This document shows, one piece after another, positions 9,001 through 16,401 of a DNA stretch of 26,363 nucleotides; position 1 is the first letter of the stretch, and each line of letters begins with the position of its first letter. The notes below the pieces were generated by a model that was not told the origin of the DNA, did no database searches, and saw only the letters and a program-made list of their open reading frames with translations. This DNA is from a virus (Duplodnaviria > Caudoviricetes). The DNA is taken from positions 1 to 26,363 of the IMG/VR virus record IMGVR_UViG_3300020381_000037; one strand, given 5' to 3'. The translations under genes and the position numbers were made by a program.

Positions 9001-11575
9001 ATAATGTGTATGCTTTTTGTAAAATATTATTTACAACAACATTCTGTTCATCATACTTGTCACCAAATGCCGCCATGTAACTGAAGTCGAAAACATTTTT
9101 GCCTTGATTATAACTGATTACTGCTTCTAATACAAACTCCAACATGTCACCATAACTCATTCCAGTTGTGTCATTGTTGTTTACATAATTTGTAATTTCT
9201 TTTTTAAGTCTGTTCTTATATTTTACATATTCGTCGCTGTTGAATTCTAAACTGTCTACAATATTAAACTTGTCATTACTCATCAACCAACTTGCCATTT
9301 GCAAGTCATCATCTGTTTGTATTAATTTGTCTGCATAACTTATGTCTATATCTAAATTAGTAAAGTTGTTAGAACCCAAAGGCTCTCCAGTAATTAATTC
9401 TTGTTTACTGACTAGTTCATTAAAATGTTCTAAATATTGAGGTTGAGCAACGTTACCCAAATCCATGTTGTTTAAGTTACTGTGCCAACTTAACGGTAAT
9501 GCATATCTACCTTTACGTTTTGCATCTTTAATATAACCTGTTGTGGTTTTTGTTTCTATATCTATAACATCATTTTTACTAAATGTAAATGTACCAAACG
9601 TAATTGCTATTTGAGTACTGTCATAACTGAATAATCTATTACGTTTACCATTCACGTAAACTCTTATACTGCTTTCATCAACTTCTGGTTTAGCAGTTAT
9701 TTGCCATTGTAATCTATTTTCTGCAATATCGCTATCACTAACAATGTATCTATCTTCAACTTTTTGATTTGTTTTCTTGGGTTGTGTTTTCCAACTTGTT
9801 TCTTTAACTATATCACCGTTTGGCATTGTTCTCTGATAGAACAAGTAACCTTGCATATAAGATTTTGTTGTGCCACCAAATGGAATATAAGAATATAAAT
9901 CTGTTTCAAGATTATTTTCAAATACTATTTCACTAAAGTTATTAAAGTTGCTGTATGATAAAGCAAAATCTAAAACACTATCTTTTGTTGCAGTTGAATT
10001 ATCATTTAGTTTGTAACTAAAAAGTTTTGTTCCTGCAAAATCACTCTTAGGATATGTTGCGTCATCGTCTAATTTTACACCATTGTAATCATATGCTGTA
10101 AATAATACTGGTGTATTAACTTTGTTCTTTTGTTGTCCTTCTAACCACTTTGTACCATTCCAATAATATTCAACACCTTGTTTTCTAGCACCAAACTTAA
10201 CACTAATTACATCACCTATTGTAGCAGTATAACTTTCTTCTGTTAATGTAGCCAATGAAGGACTAGCACCGTTACTGCCAATTGTGTAAATCTTTTGTGC
10301 AATACTTGTTTCCTCATTTGGGAATATTATTCTGTTACCAACTTCTAATGTAACACCATCTACAACACTACCGTTTGGTCTGCCTATTACTTCTGCTTTG
10401 GTATTATCAAATGCCGCAATTTCAACTGCGTCTACACCATTAACACCAAAATTGTATAGTTCAATATCTTTTTCAAATTCTATAATAGGCCTTGCCGCTC
10501 TATTTAATTTAGTAGGTAATTGGTCACCGGCATCTAAAAAGTTTTGCTTGTGATACCAAAAGTTAATTCTACTCCAGACGTTGTTGTCTTTAGCACCACG
10601 TTCCATCATTATGTAATCTGGAACATCCTGGGTGTTATCACTATCGTAAGGCTCTGTGTCGTATGCACCCAAGCCGCCTACAATATATTGTAATTGTTGT
10701 CCGACTGGTGTTATATAACCGTCCCACATTGGTAAGCCACTAGTGGAATCAATTTGATTCATATTTGAGTATGAGAAGCCGTCGACATCTACATAGTTCT
10801 CGATACCTACTAATCCACCTGACTTCCATCTGGTGTCTTCAGCATCGTCAGTGTAATTTATTAATGTATCAGTTGCAGTATCTATGATTGTTCTATCATA
10901 TAAAATATAGTCTTCAGTACTGAATGTTGTAGCAAAGTTTTGGTCTCTGTTAATTAAAACAATTTGTGTGCCAACACCTTCGACAATCCAACGTTTTTCA
11001 TCTTTGTATGTTTCTGGTATAGCATAATTTCCACTAAAGGAAACTATCATACCATTTTTAAATATTGTACCGTCGGGTGCTGTATAACTTTTCTTCCCTA
11101 AAATATCCTTGTCTATGTTAATAGGATTGCTTGATGTACCACTTATAATTTTTGGTGTAGGTCCTGTAGGACTCCAAAAGTATTCTTGATAGTTAATAAA
11201 CTTATCAATGTTAATAGGTGGAAGAAAACTGTAAAAGTTTGTATCAAATAATGTATTTTGATTTTGTGTATCTACTCCATAACTTTTTAAAACATTTAAA
11301 AAGTCCTCATAGAACATTTGGTTTTCACTAAGTCCTGTGAGTTGATTGATATTATTTGTTACAGGTTCTAAACTGTATTTGTCTCTAGTTGGACTGTGTT
11401 CAATTTTGTAAGTGTCTTTAGGTTCAAATACTGAAAAGTCTTTTGAACCAACATACGCACTTATGCTTTCAATATTTGATTTTGAAAACAGTTGTTCTAC
11501 AGTAGTATCAAAAAAGTTTTTGATAGTTGTTGTTTGATTAACTACTGGTAGTTTTGTATATTTTTTGTCAGCCAC
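1..11575 (-). CDS. Giant virion structural protein (baseplate/tail-associated, >=3,858 aa), 3' end beyond the window
   Basis: GTG at 11575-11573 (MADKKYTKLPVVNQ...) lies 7 nt downstream of a TAAGGT Shine-Dalgarno-like sequence and 10 nt after the gp6-like stop. The same frame is open at the left edge (...IPTFGNLSGG). The ORF track reports no completed minus-strand ORF in 1-11575, which is consistent with no in-frame stop. The content is T/N/S/G-rich and beta-structured (e.g. DKFINYQEYFW, PHTHPWEMLGF, YDEWALKLGEFG), and the gene sits directly downstream of the baseplate wedge gene. Confidence 0.9.
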   Translation of the reverse strand, partial: MADKKYTKLPVVNQTTTIKNFFDTTVEQLFSKSNIESISAYVGSKDFSVFEPKDTYKIEHSPTRDKYSLEPVTNNINQLTGLSENQMFYEDFLNVLKSYGVDTQNQNTLFDTNFYSFLPPINIDKFINYQEYFWSPTGPTPKIISGTSSNPINIDKDILGKKSYTAPDGTIFKNGMIVSFSGNYAIPETYKDEKRWIVEGVGTQIVLINRDQNFATTFSTEDYILYDRTIIDTATDTLINYTDDAEDTRWKSGGLVGIENYVDVDGFSYSNMNQIDSTSGLPMWDGYITPVGQQLQYIVGGLGAYDTEPYDSDNTQDVPDYIMMERGAKDNNVWSRINFWYHKQNFLDAGDQLPTKLNRAARPIIEFEKDIELYNFGVNGVDAVEIAAFDNTKAEVIGRPNGSVVDGVTLEVGNRIIFPNEETSIAQKIYTIGSNGASPSLATLTEESYTATIGDVISVKFGARKQGVEYYWNGTKWLEGQQKNKVNTPVLFTAYDYNGVKLDDDATYPKSDFAGTKLFSYKLNDNSTATKDSVLDFALSYSNFNNFSEIVFENNLETDLYSYIPFGGTTKSYMQGYLFYQRTMPNGDIVKETSWKTQPKKTNQKVEDRYIVSDSDIAENRLQWQITAKPEVDESSIRVYVNGKRNRLFSYDSTQIAITFGTFTFSKNDVIDIETKTTTGYIKDAKRKGRYALPLSWHSNLNNMDLGNVAQPQYLEHFNELVSKQELITGEPLGSNNFTNLDIDISYADKLIQTDDDLQMASWLMSNDKFNIVDSLEFNSDEYVKYKNRLKKEITNYVNNNDTTGMSYGDMLEFVLEAVISYNQGKNVFDFSYMAAFGDKYDEQNVVVNNILQKAYTLSKYSDLNKIENSLYVYDVGPDGIEKLLDVETDYIVTSTTTANTITFTDSYTLTLGNSLKFRLYDKDRESCQTPPTPSAMGLYPCFKPEIILDSSFNDPINVIVGHDGSKTVAANDIHDHILLEFEKRVWNGITASFRQRDSHYDLNIYSIRPGRFRTDTGLTRTAYYNLLRNNFNHFINRNDVDFVVNEFYDSTNNFTWNYNSGTAKPGYWRGIYEACYDTEKPHTHPWEMLGFVRKPTWWDTQYITTTYTDYGLNNKPMWKDLEEGIIRQGSRENVTNNNYRTNNPYRRIGLKFEIPVDAGANLIAPANIISTTSTTKTITWVETTSGTSTANANSFIKTVDGLSVEELDSGANLNITTNNILNHTVGSFPTTDNTNIIEDKENKYTITLNTGDSTARDFANATTTGSTPVGVAVNGALIFNANSGNTHPLSSSYTYANQYRNDVSMDSAGGYVQSDNIYGYVQPSPQTIGLTSFATDSHSSILGYAFDGLPIYGPYGYTDRLDNTSAIKRLVSGYSLKTTLRTTVGGTPTGEFVEDYEYGSATGDLDEFNSRYGVTPEYPSGTRYYVATLDSDGQPAYPFTVGPKFAFTPTSLSTNATGTATHVSGTQNYKLTSALTTTFNADTSLTNKNWKFGDGAPVENAWKISEAYPFAIAEALLLTKPGKFASVFAEPGKIIRGSANTNHLLDNTTYKRYKVKNATVHGSVDSNNLMLTNTGFTQFIDTYLRFQGLNPITEFSKPYKTVNSKLGHKMAGFVDKDTMTVFSDNYSTTGNSSSLILPQEDLQVDVHIGPYSSTNDYTGVLVQLTSNNKYKVFGYNSTKKYFEIETSDKNREKTQVKVGGEPMDVVDFDRNTQYNEGSIIKSGYNFFRATAVAPAGTPVTNTQFWQRLSVLPQVGGAEATLYLRGTGEIERVEYGTEYDTVAEVYDFMVSLGRLQEAYGYDFGDYNDEIADVNNWAYSGKQFLFWSLGKWSAGNTINLSPGATKIKFIAPVGKVSEIKDIDQGQFSLLDEEGKKISPTECEIIREGATITIAPPTGKQLYGALLYTNEIEHSLLVSNKTIFGDTIFDDLLNQRQARLKIKAKRTAGWDGTLSADGYIIQGGELLPNFDTLASDIGKYNEIGHVPVQKELYEASRRQYGYQERKYLREFELTQDDQYDFYMGMIRSKGTQKALEILLNSDKVLVPGSVNVYDEWALKLGEFGDVDNQQSLDLKVNESEITDERQLIQIAYPENTVSKVREVEVLDRTTKFFQRPFLEIEPPPAEIPGSWNYGGGTTAQATVNIGQDGRITTVDVTEPGYGYTINPAVTVIAAQLLTANISTNYQQPYATANSYITNTGDLTGVANITITDHHANATHQPTTIDLSTVASGSASNAQMVANVVSLINTTMANVPLDPTITANIGVTSGNSLVTASSQRIANATSENFIITLRGSDFTLAGSGLANLDIEAKRYQPRQRFSFETANSTTYNDCIVTVNGNATIGNIVGGTGNDWEFDSGSRTTITNNALVESGNVSYQFAPLSRSDELSQAGNISADNLTIINGTYPHLDVYINGQKLEERVSNPLYTVASISGDTNNTYINFANVQALPGGNLAADAKIVVDEKATIDFVDAYQGDLPGATLNIKVQASDALAAKLQQMRTYDITPDSKSDSTLLIDVDDSSRLVVRPSDMSEKGLWPTTTNANFTGITDKKYEPLPNAGYVSKYNVQYQAFNINEFENLFNRNERYASEIPKENDLVHFARDEHGEFNVYKLDKVNANVSFIENDVDTGTLKYFTDYQLSTNIIDNNDLSNVDASYDQTAFYDNVLVLKGEGTLDAETANLTYNNGEKFYDTTIPDTSREVVYWDNENRLFDEAVTIGNVTYNHPQLVGISKIKPVLSGNITNIAADSYSNVSINATAEMTPTTKPMDIYRNVLGDVNTYSFNNVPAFKIRNGDVDGVRVGDYLKFADAGGSNINANVFLVASVNPAFKEVVLYSNNTVQSGMTGIIPKANLTFANYGTTSTANASGTYKVQVYSEKHGYEESTSIKFSGHNLGKAQGTAFTPSNVTTNTYFVEGTASGNATLDVTDSSQTTGLVTDTVIVKFKDPDVIASGNLVHNAFVKITDADGGNMNGNVFQVSNVRTEVVKGPDNSGIIYNNETIWTDTITNTGTTKELNLGSGATRDNLIGLGVKTGSVDPELVKVRSVTYNKNITINSQVINSVTASTSVDVASTAGIEVGMVISGTGISGVDGLTISSITDFNTIVVSGTITSLAAGTPLTFNKFAEDTHIQSVQLTSSITVNANDQIDFVETTAEYNNIQPTQETFTSFEIPKGDITANSNAISFVVQDAISFTTDATVSDLTLLQDIKMYGMGKFSGYHQVRDINSGSSTFKVPGVFTGNYSVSDTASSALTDSNELLLTTGNITLFSGMIVTGGNITTKIVTVNTESNVTLAENISIGLGDAVTFTEDLYGNACFVSDQIEITTTANHDYVLDSADPQSTLIGHNIRLYNYEPEYYNYTFTVSSVPTANTIYAKGFALGHPHTVGGVEYISKESYEMFGNASLQTTPSANIVYQPATGNTLIEEERVTFFVDKHEGNIIINGANVITNAFPYLNMEEYKDEVERQITAKAGAVIKSGSLKLGFPIMGARGGIRLAGMMASQLQGYKNMPYNTPINAANPTLIPNSPISSPAGINPLGIVNLPGMGPGVPNFGLGLNLGTTSGPRPTSTVLPKPAANAAVTSPAVPATPPTPPSFTQQAKFKTSNVGGNKTYNKQPVSTNQISVAAVHSEIFIKQNEAGTPACPPPPPPPPPVPAKPDIYFVTDFVKYTGARGETETKKYTFSGFNGSNYTIKMLFNMYSAQDRLEIYQSTNPNSRGKLVGSTRNFSAMTAQEKQDFKKTGGANTTRDATAGNLGDGFVYNLGKFTWNYNSDNGRYITTVLDKHPSSSIAYQYQMTYPVDKADTGTARGQHIAGPGIPQTGCKQHNPTVVAGPVFSSSGIASGIQVASIPTFGNLSGG
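620..646 (-). repeat. Poly-proline tract (P9) inside the giant protein
   Basis: The minus strand reads CCT CCA CCT CCT CCA CCT CCA CCA CCA in frame, giving GTPAC-PPPPPPPPP-VPAKP. Confidence 0.9.
6329..6451 (-). other. Possible small carbohydrate-binding (CBM5/12-like) module in the giant protein
   Basis: FDRNTQYNEGSIIKSGYNFFRATAVAPAGTPVTNTQFWQRL resembles the W/F-x4-Y-x2-G-x2-V-x2-G-x2-Y-x-A...W pattern. Recognised by eye only. Confidence 0.35.
7238..7910 (-). other. YHYH-family-like domain embedded in the giant protein, with degenerate His motifs
   Basis: Contains PVGVAVNGALIFN, HSSILGYAFDGLPIYGPYGY, GEFVEDYEY, GDLDEFNSRYGVTPEYPSGT and PAYPFTVGPKF, matching the YHYH (Pfam PF14240) motif series as I recall it. 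The expected YHYH position reads YGYV (7610-7621). Confidence 0.75.
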
Positions 11576-11585
11576 TTAATAAACC

Positions 11586-14500
11586 TTAATAGCCAGAACC
11601 ACTAGATCCACCGCCGCCGCCACTTGAATTGGAGCCTGACGATGCACTTGTTCCTGTAGTGTTATTTGTTACATCAGCATTTGCTGTTGTTGATACTGTT
11701 GCATTTGTTTCAACAATATAATTACCATGATAATATGTTACACCGTTTGGCATGAAGAATGTTTTACCAAAGAATACATGCGTATGGTGTGTTCCATCAC
11801 CAGCAAAGTTTGCCGCTTCGGCTGTTGGGTATAAAGGATAGTATCCGTCTATAGCATATGGTCCAATTGCTTCGGTAGAATTATCATAACTACTGAATGA
11901 TTGCGAACCTACTAATGCTGGTTTTAAGTTATCACTTGTTAGTTTGTCTACAATATCTATGTCTGTAACTTTTGCTGTACTTAAAAACAATTCATCTGTG
12001 TCGCATTTTACTTGGAATAAATCTCCAAATACACCACTGCTTGTTTTAGGCACAATTACAATACTACCTATTGCGTTTCCTACTTGTTGATGAATATAAC
12101 TACTTAATTCTGTAAAGTAGAATGTATCACCAAAATCCCAATTATCAATATTAAAATATTGATTTACTGCTGATATGATTTTTGTTTTAATTTCATTATC
12201 ACTTAAACTTGTTCCTGGAAGTCTCACGACTTTAAATCTTGCTTGTAAACTTTTAGGAGCATCATCACCAAACAATAGTTTGAATCTTCCGCTCTTGAAT
12301 AATAGTTGGTCACTTGCAGATTTGAATTGCTCTAATATAGAGAACTCATTTTCTAACTCACTTGATGTTGGCTCTTCGGGCCATGCAGTACCTGGAACAT
12401 TAAGATATGATTGTACTTTATCATAATATGTATCTGTTAATAAAAACATTTCATGTACATTGCTAATGCTAGGATCAATTCTCATACTGTTTTCTGCAAC
12501 GTGTGTCCATTTGAATATAACACCTTCTTGTGTAGGTGATTGAGTATTTTGTGTAAAACTCTTACCATGCTTTGCTCTGTGATTAGAACTTTCATAGTGT
12601 TTTACAACATTTAAGTTTGTACTACTATAAGTCATTATGTAAACTTTTTTAGTGTCTACTGCATAAACTTTTTTGTTATGTAACTTACCGCCTATATTTG
12701 TATTATCAAATGTGTTTATAATAGTTTCTTTTTTGACCAAAAAGTATTCATAGTCTGCGGTATTGTATATAGTACCTGTTCCGTTTGTTGCATGTCCTGT
12801 TGAGTCACCTGCAATTTTAGTATAGTCTGCATTAAAGTTGACTCCATCTTCTCTTCTTAAATCTAGTATTCCTGCTTTAACAGGTTTGGTATATGTGTAT
12901 CCATCGAAACTGTTAAAGTCTTCAAATATAATAACGTCATCAGTTGCAACAAAATCTGAAAACTGAATTGGATAATCTGGACTATCATCACCTGTGCTGT
13001 TTACAGGTGTAACTTGCACTTTTCTTGGATCTGTGTATCCATCATTATATGAAAAGTTTCCAACAGCACTAAACACTATTGGATTTGTCAATCTTTCTCT
13101 GTCATTGATATATGTAATAGTTAATTTGTCTTTACTTGCTAATCCTGAACTGTCAATAGCATAATGTCGCTTGTTATTAAAGTTACTGATTCTTAATGTA
13201 CCAGTCTGTGCTGAAACATTTGCATTTGTTACTTCAATGTGCCCACTGCCCATTACATTACCATTATTAAAGTTTGCATTTTCAAATTTGTAACTTACAT
13301 TTCCGTTTGAATCTAAAATGTTTGCACCAAATGTTGTATTTGTAAAGTTAATAACAATGTTACTTGGTAAACTGTGAACAAGCCCTGTGTTATTAGCAAT
13401 AGTCACGTTTGTGTTACTTGTTAAGTCTGAGGTATCAAAATTTGTTCCTAATTCTATAGTTGCATCTTTAACAAAGTTATTAGCACTTGTATCTCCACCT
13501 TCGTACAATCCAAAATTACTAATTAATTTAACTTGTACTTGGTCAAATCTTGTGTCTCTGTTTTTCAAAGGAATGTTAGTGAAACTTTGACCAATTTTTG
13601 TTGAGTACCATTGGTCACCAACATAGTCTGGAGTTGATGTTGTATCACTCCATTCAAAGGTCTCCTGACTTCTTGATTTGTTGTTAAGTGTAGTAATTTC
13701 TAGACTGTCATATTTTGCAGTACCAGTTAAACTGTCTACAATTCTGTTTGTATTCACATTATAGAATCTTACATCTTCATAACTTTCAAACACATATCTT
13801 ATACCTCTAATAGTAACGTCATATCTATGACTCAAAGTGTCTATGGCTACATAGTTAAACTTTATTAACCAACTTTTATCTCTGCCGTTACCTGATTTGT
13901 CTTCTGCATTATTAATGCTAAAGTCTGTTGTTGTTGAAACATCATTGTTTGAAATAACATAAAAAGCATTTTGACTAGGATTGTATCCTATTGCAAATGT
14001 TTGTTTAGCATTTATGGCATTTGTTATTGCAGTAATTTCTGTATCGTAAAATCTTTTTCTTAAAGTTGTAATAACCGCAACACCTTTCCAATCTTGAGGG
14101 ACACTTTCACTTAAAGTTATAGGACCTCTAACAGTTGTATTAGTACTAGTACGTTTTCCGTTATCTCGAATGCTTTTAACTTTTACCCATTTGTTTTGTG
14201 TAATATCTGCAGGGTTTTCAAATTTGATTAAATGCCCAGGCTGTATTAGTGATAAACTGCTGTTAGCAATGTTTACATCTGTGACTGTTCCATTTTGTGT
14301 AAATGTTTCTGTTAAATATCCTGTTACTGATTCTGCACTCTTAGGCAATGTGTTCCACACAATACCATATAAAGATAAATTAAATTTGTTAGGCTCTCTT
14401 GCTAACCAACTATCTCTAAAAGTACTGTAGATAAAATCATTAAGTTCCAACTTTTTCAAATATGTTGGAAACAGTTTTGTAATTTGTTCGTTTGCAGTAT

Positions 14501-16007
14501 TGTTATTATCAATAATAAAATTTTCTGATAAATTTGTATCTTCAATAAACAATGCACCATCTTCTGCTAAAACACTTGTTGTTTGGAATGTGCTTGTTGG
14601 ATCTGTAATATCAATATACCTACTGTGTCCAGCATGTGTTCTATTAGTAACTTTAATTTTAGAAATATTTGTACTTTTTGTTAAAGGTAATACTTGATAG
14701 TCTTGTGCCGACACCATTCTGTCTTGTGCATAAAATCCTTGAGGTGCTCTTTCCTTAATACCTTCAATTGATTCTGCAGGCAAACTATTGTTTACACTAT
14801 TTTGTAATTTCAATGTTATTGATAATGTATGCTGTACGTCTTGGGCATTACTGTAAGGTATATTAATAACGACATTACCCACGTCATCTGGTTGTATTTG
14901 GTATCTTACAGGATCACTTGTTCTGTAATAAAATCTATATGTTCCGATTGGAACTTGTGCAAAGTTTCCATCTGCAAATTGTAAATTAACACCACCGTCA
15001 CCTCTGTTTTGTATTGCGTATAAACTACTTGATCCAACGGCTTTTGTGTTGTACTGCAATGTTTGTCCAACAGTATTTGGAACTTTAGTCCATTTAGCCA
15101 ATGTATTACCAAGAGCATCTATCTGCTGTAAGTAACAATCTGTTTCATTAATATCTTCTACTGCGACAATTTGTTGTCTGTTTTCTACAGGTTCTGTAAA
15201 ATTGAAATCTTCTGTTTGTAAAATACCCTGTTTGAACATTAAAAAGAATCCATTATTTTTACTGCTTAATCCTAAGCCATCATTTCTGTGAATAATTCCA
15301 AAGTTGTTAGTTGCATCTGGATGTTTTTCAAAAATTACTTTGTTATCTGTGAAGTCTGCATTTACAAATTCAAAGTCTCTGGTTACACCGTTAATGTCTG
15401 ACTTAAATGAATGACTAATTGGATTTGATAAAGGTGTATTAATTTCATATAGGTCAGTAACAATGTCATCTATAGTTCCTGTTTTTACAGGTTTACTAAA
15501 TCTGTTTACGTTACCAAATGCACTATTTAAAATTGTAATAAATTGTTCGTAACTGTCGGAGTTGTTAGCATCGTTCCAGTTGACAGTTCTTGAAACAAGT
15601 TCATTGCCTAAACTATCTGTTAGTGGTTCTGTTGTTGCAAGACTTACAACTTTCATAAGACCACTTGCACCTATATTTCTTTTTGGATTATAACCTAACT
15701 GTCTTGCTAACTTGTAAACACTATCTTTTCTTTCTGCTGTTTCTAAAAAGTTTTCTCTGGTGTTTACATCCATTCTAAATGCAATACTTTGTGCCAAGTA
15801 TGCAAGTAGTTCTATGATGGCAATAAATTCAGAACTTTCAATGTAGTCATTGAAGTTCTCTGGGAAATTAGTTTTAATATAATCTACCATCGCTGAACGC
15901 ATGGTATCAAAATCATATGCTTGGAAGTCGACTTGACTGTATGCCTGATAGGCTACTTCCCAATCTTCTGCCGCAAATAAATTATTCTGTCTGTTGTTTA
16001 CTGCCAT
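11586..16007 (-). CDS. Baseplate wedge subunit, T4 gp6-like, enlarged (1,473 aa)
   Basis: The N-terminus has DFDTMRSAMVDYIK...ENFNDYIESSEFIAIIELLAY...RENFLETAERKDSVYKLARQLGYNPKR, plus FADGNFAQVP and ESIEGIKERAPQGFYAQDRMVSAQDY. The C-terminus has IISAVNQYFNIDNWDFGDTFYFTELSSYI. These are gp6/baseplate-J-like motifs, and the gene is adjacent to gp25. Confidence 0.85.
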   Translation of the reverse strand: MAVNNRQNNLFAAEDWEVAYQAYSQVDFQAYDFDTMRSAMVDYIKTNFPENFNDYIESSEFIAIIELLAYLAQSIAFRMDVNTRENFLETAERKDSVYKLARQLGYNPKRNIGASGLMKVVSLATTEPLTDSLGNELVSRTVNWNDANNSDSYEQFITILNSAFGNVNRFSKPVKTGTIDDIVTDLYEINTPLSNPISHSFKSDINGVTRDFEFVNADFTDNKVIFEKHPDATNNFGIIHRNDGLGLSSKNNGFFLMFKQGILQTEDFNFTEPVENRQQIVAVEDINETDCYLQQIDALGNTLAKWTKVPNTVGQTLQYNTKAVGSSSLYAIQNRGDGGVNLQFADGNFAQVPIGTYRFYYRTSDPVRYQIQPDDVGNVVINIPYSNAQDVQHTLSITLKLQNSVNNSLPAESIEGIKERAPQGFYAQDRMVSAQDYQVLPLTKSTNISKIKVTNRTHAGHSRYIDITDPTSTFQTTSVLAEDGALFIEDTNLSENFIIDNNNTANEQITKLFPTYLKKLELNDFIYSTFRDSWLAREPNKFNLSLYGIVWNTLPKSAESVTGYLTETFTQNGTVTDVNIANSSLSLIQPGHLIKFENPADITQNKWVKVKSIRDNGKRTSTNTTVRGPITLSESVPQDWKGVAVITTLRKRFYDTEITAITNAINAKQTFAIGYNPSQNAFYVISNNDVSTTTDFSINNAEDKSGNGRDKSWLIKFNYVAIDTLSHRYDVTIRGIRYVFESYEDVRFYNVNTNRIVDSLTGTAKYDSLEITTLNNKSRSQETFEWSDTTSTPDYVGDQWYSTKIGQSFTNIPLKNRDTRFDQVQVKLISNFGLYEGGDTSANNFVKDATIELGTNFDTSDLTSNTNVTIANNTGLVHSLPSNIVINFTNTTFGANILDSNGNVSYKFENANFNNGNVMGSGHIEVTNANVSAQTGTLRISNFNNKRHYAIDSSGLASKDKLTITYINDRERLTNPIVFSAVGNFSYNDGYTDPRKVQVTPVNSTGDDSPDYPIQFSDFVATDDVIIFEDFNSFDGYTYTKPVKAGILDLRREDGVNFNADYTKIAGDSTGHATNGTGTIYNTADYEYFLVKKETIINTFDNTNIGGKLHNKKVYAVDTKKVYIMTYSSTNLNVVKHYESSNHRAKHGKSFTQNTQSPTQEGVIFKWTHVAENSMRIDPSISNVHEMFLLTDTYYDKVQSYLNVPGTAWPEEPTSSELENEFSILEQFKSASDQLLFKSGRFKLLFGDDAPKSLQARFKVVRLPGTSLSDNEIKTKIISAVNQYFNIDNWDFGDTFYFTELSSYIHQQVGNAIGSIVIVPKTSSGVFGDLFQVKCDTDELFLSTAKVTDIDIVDKLTSDNLKPALVGSQSFSSYDNSTEAIGPYAIDGYYPLYPTAEAANFAGDGTHHTHVFFGKTFFMPNGVTYYHGNYIVETNATVSTTANADVTNNTTGTSASSGSNSSGGGGGSSGSGY

Positions 16008-16009
16008 TT

Positions 16010-16381
16010 TTAAATCTCTACGTCTGTTCTAGCATATTCGAGAAATAATCTATCCTCGGCTAGTGTTGGCAAAAATTTTAATTGGACTTGTACTCTTATT
16101 AAATGGTCTTGGGTTTGTGTAAAGATTTCATCAATCTCTACTCTTGGGTCTTTTTCTATAACCCTTTGAACTTCTTCCCTAACTTCTTCAATAACGAATT
16201 CGTCGATAGGGTTCATCAATATGTCATATATTGTAGTTCCAAAGTTAGGTCTCATTACTCTTTCACCTTTTCTTGCTCTCAACTCATTAAGTAAATCAAT
16301 TTTGATTAACTCTCCATCGATTGCAGTATAAGGTGCCCTAACCTTTCCTATTGTACTAAACCCTTTGTATATGTTTGCCAT
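16010..16381 (-). CDS. Baseplate wedge subunit, gp25-like (GPW/gp25 family), 123 aa
   Basis: Contains LIKIDLLNELRARKGERVMRPNFGTTIYDILMNP...VIEKDPRV, the gp25 signature GER-x3-P-x-FG. I prefer the ATG at 16381 (MANIYKGFST) over the track's GTG at 16396, because the extension overlaps the promoter-like box. Confidence 0.9.
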   Translation of the reverse strand: MANIYKGFSTIGKVRAPYTAIDGELIKIDLLNELRARKGERVMRPNFGTTIYDILMNPIDEFVIEEVREEVQRVIEKDPRVEIDEIFTQTQDHLIRVQVQLKFLPTLAEDRLFLEYARTDVEI

Positions 16382-16386
16382 ATCAA

Positions 16387-16394
16387 TATTTATC
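16387..16394 (-). promoter_or_regulatory. Putative late promoter box GATAAATA upstream of the gp25-gp6-giant protein operon
   Basis: The minus strand reads GATAAATA-TTGAT-ATG. It has one mismatch to the T4 gp55 late consensus TATAAATA. The same octamer precedes the other structural operon, and a gp55 homolog is encoded in the window. Confidence 0.65.
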
Positions 16395-16401
16395 ACTAAC
16401 C

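Noticed and set aside
1-11575. Apparent 11.5-kb gene desert suggesting stop-codon reassignment or non-coding DNA
   Set aside because: It is explained by a single standard-code ORF whose stop lies outside the window. All other genes are intact in the standard code.
692-15118. Many short ORFs in the track (e.g. 738-1046, 3963-4349, 5823-6161, 12175-12426, 14170-14430, 14906-15118)
   Set aside because: They are antisense or off-frame shadows of the giant and gp6-like genes, with no recognisable motifs. The antisense frame stays open because of codon bias.
16382-16396. Track start for gp25 at GTG 16396 (MINID extension)
   Set aside because: The extension runs through the promoter-like box and has no SD. 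ATG 16381 gives a typical gp25 length.
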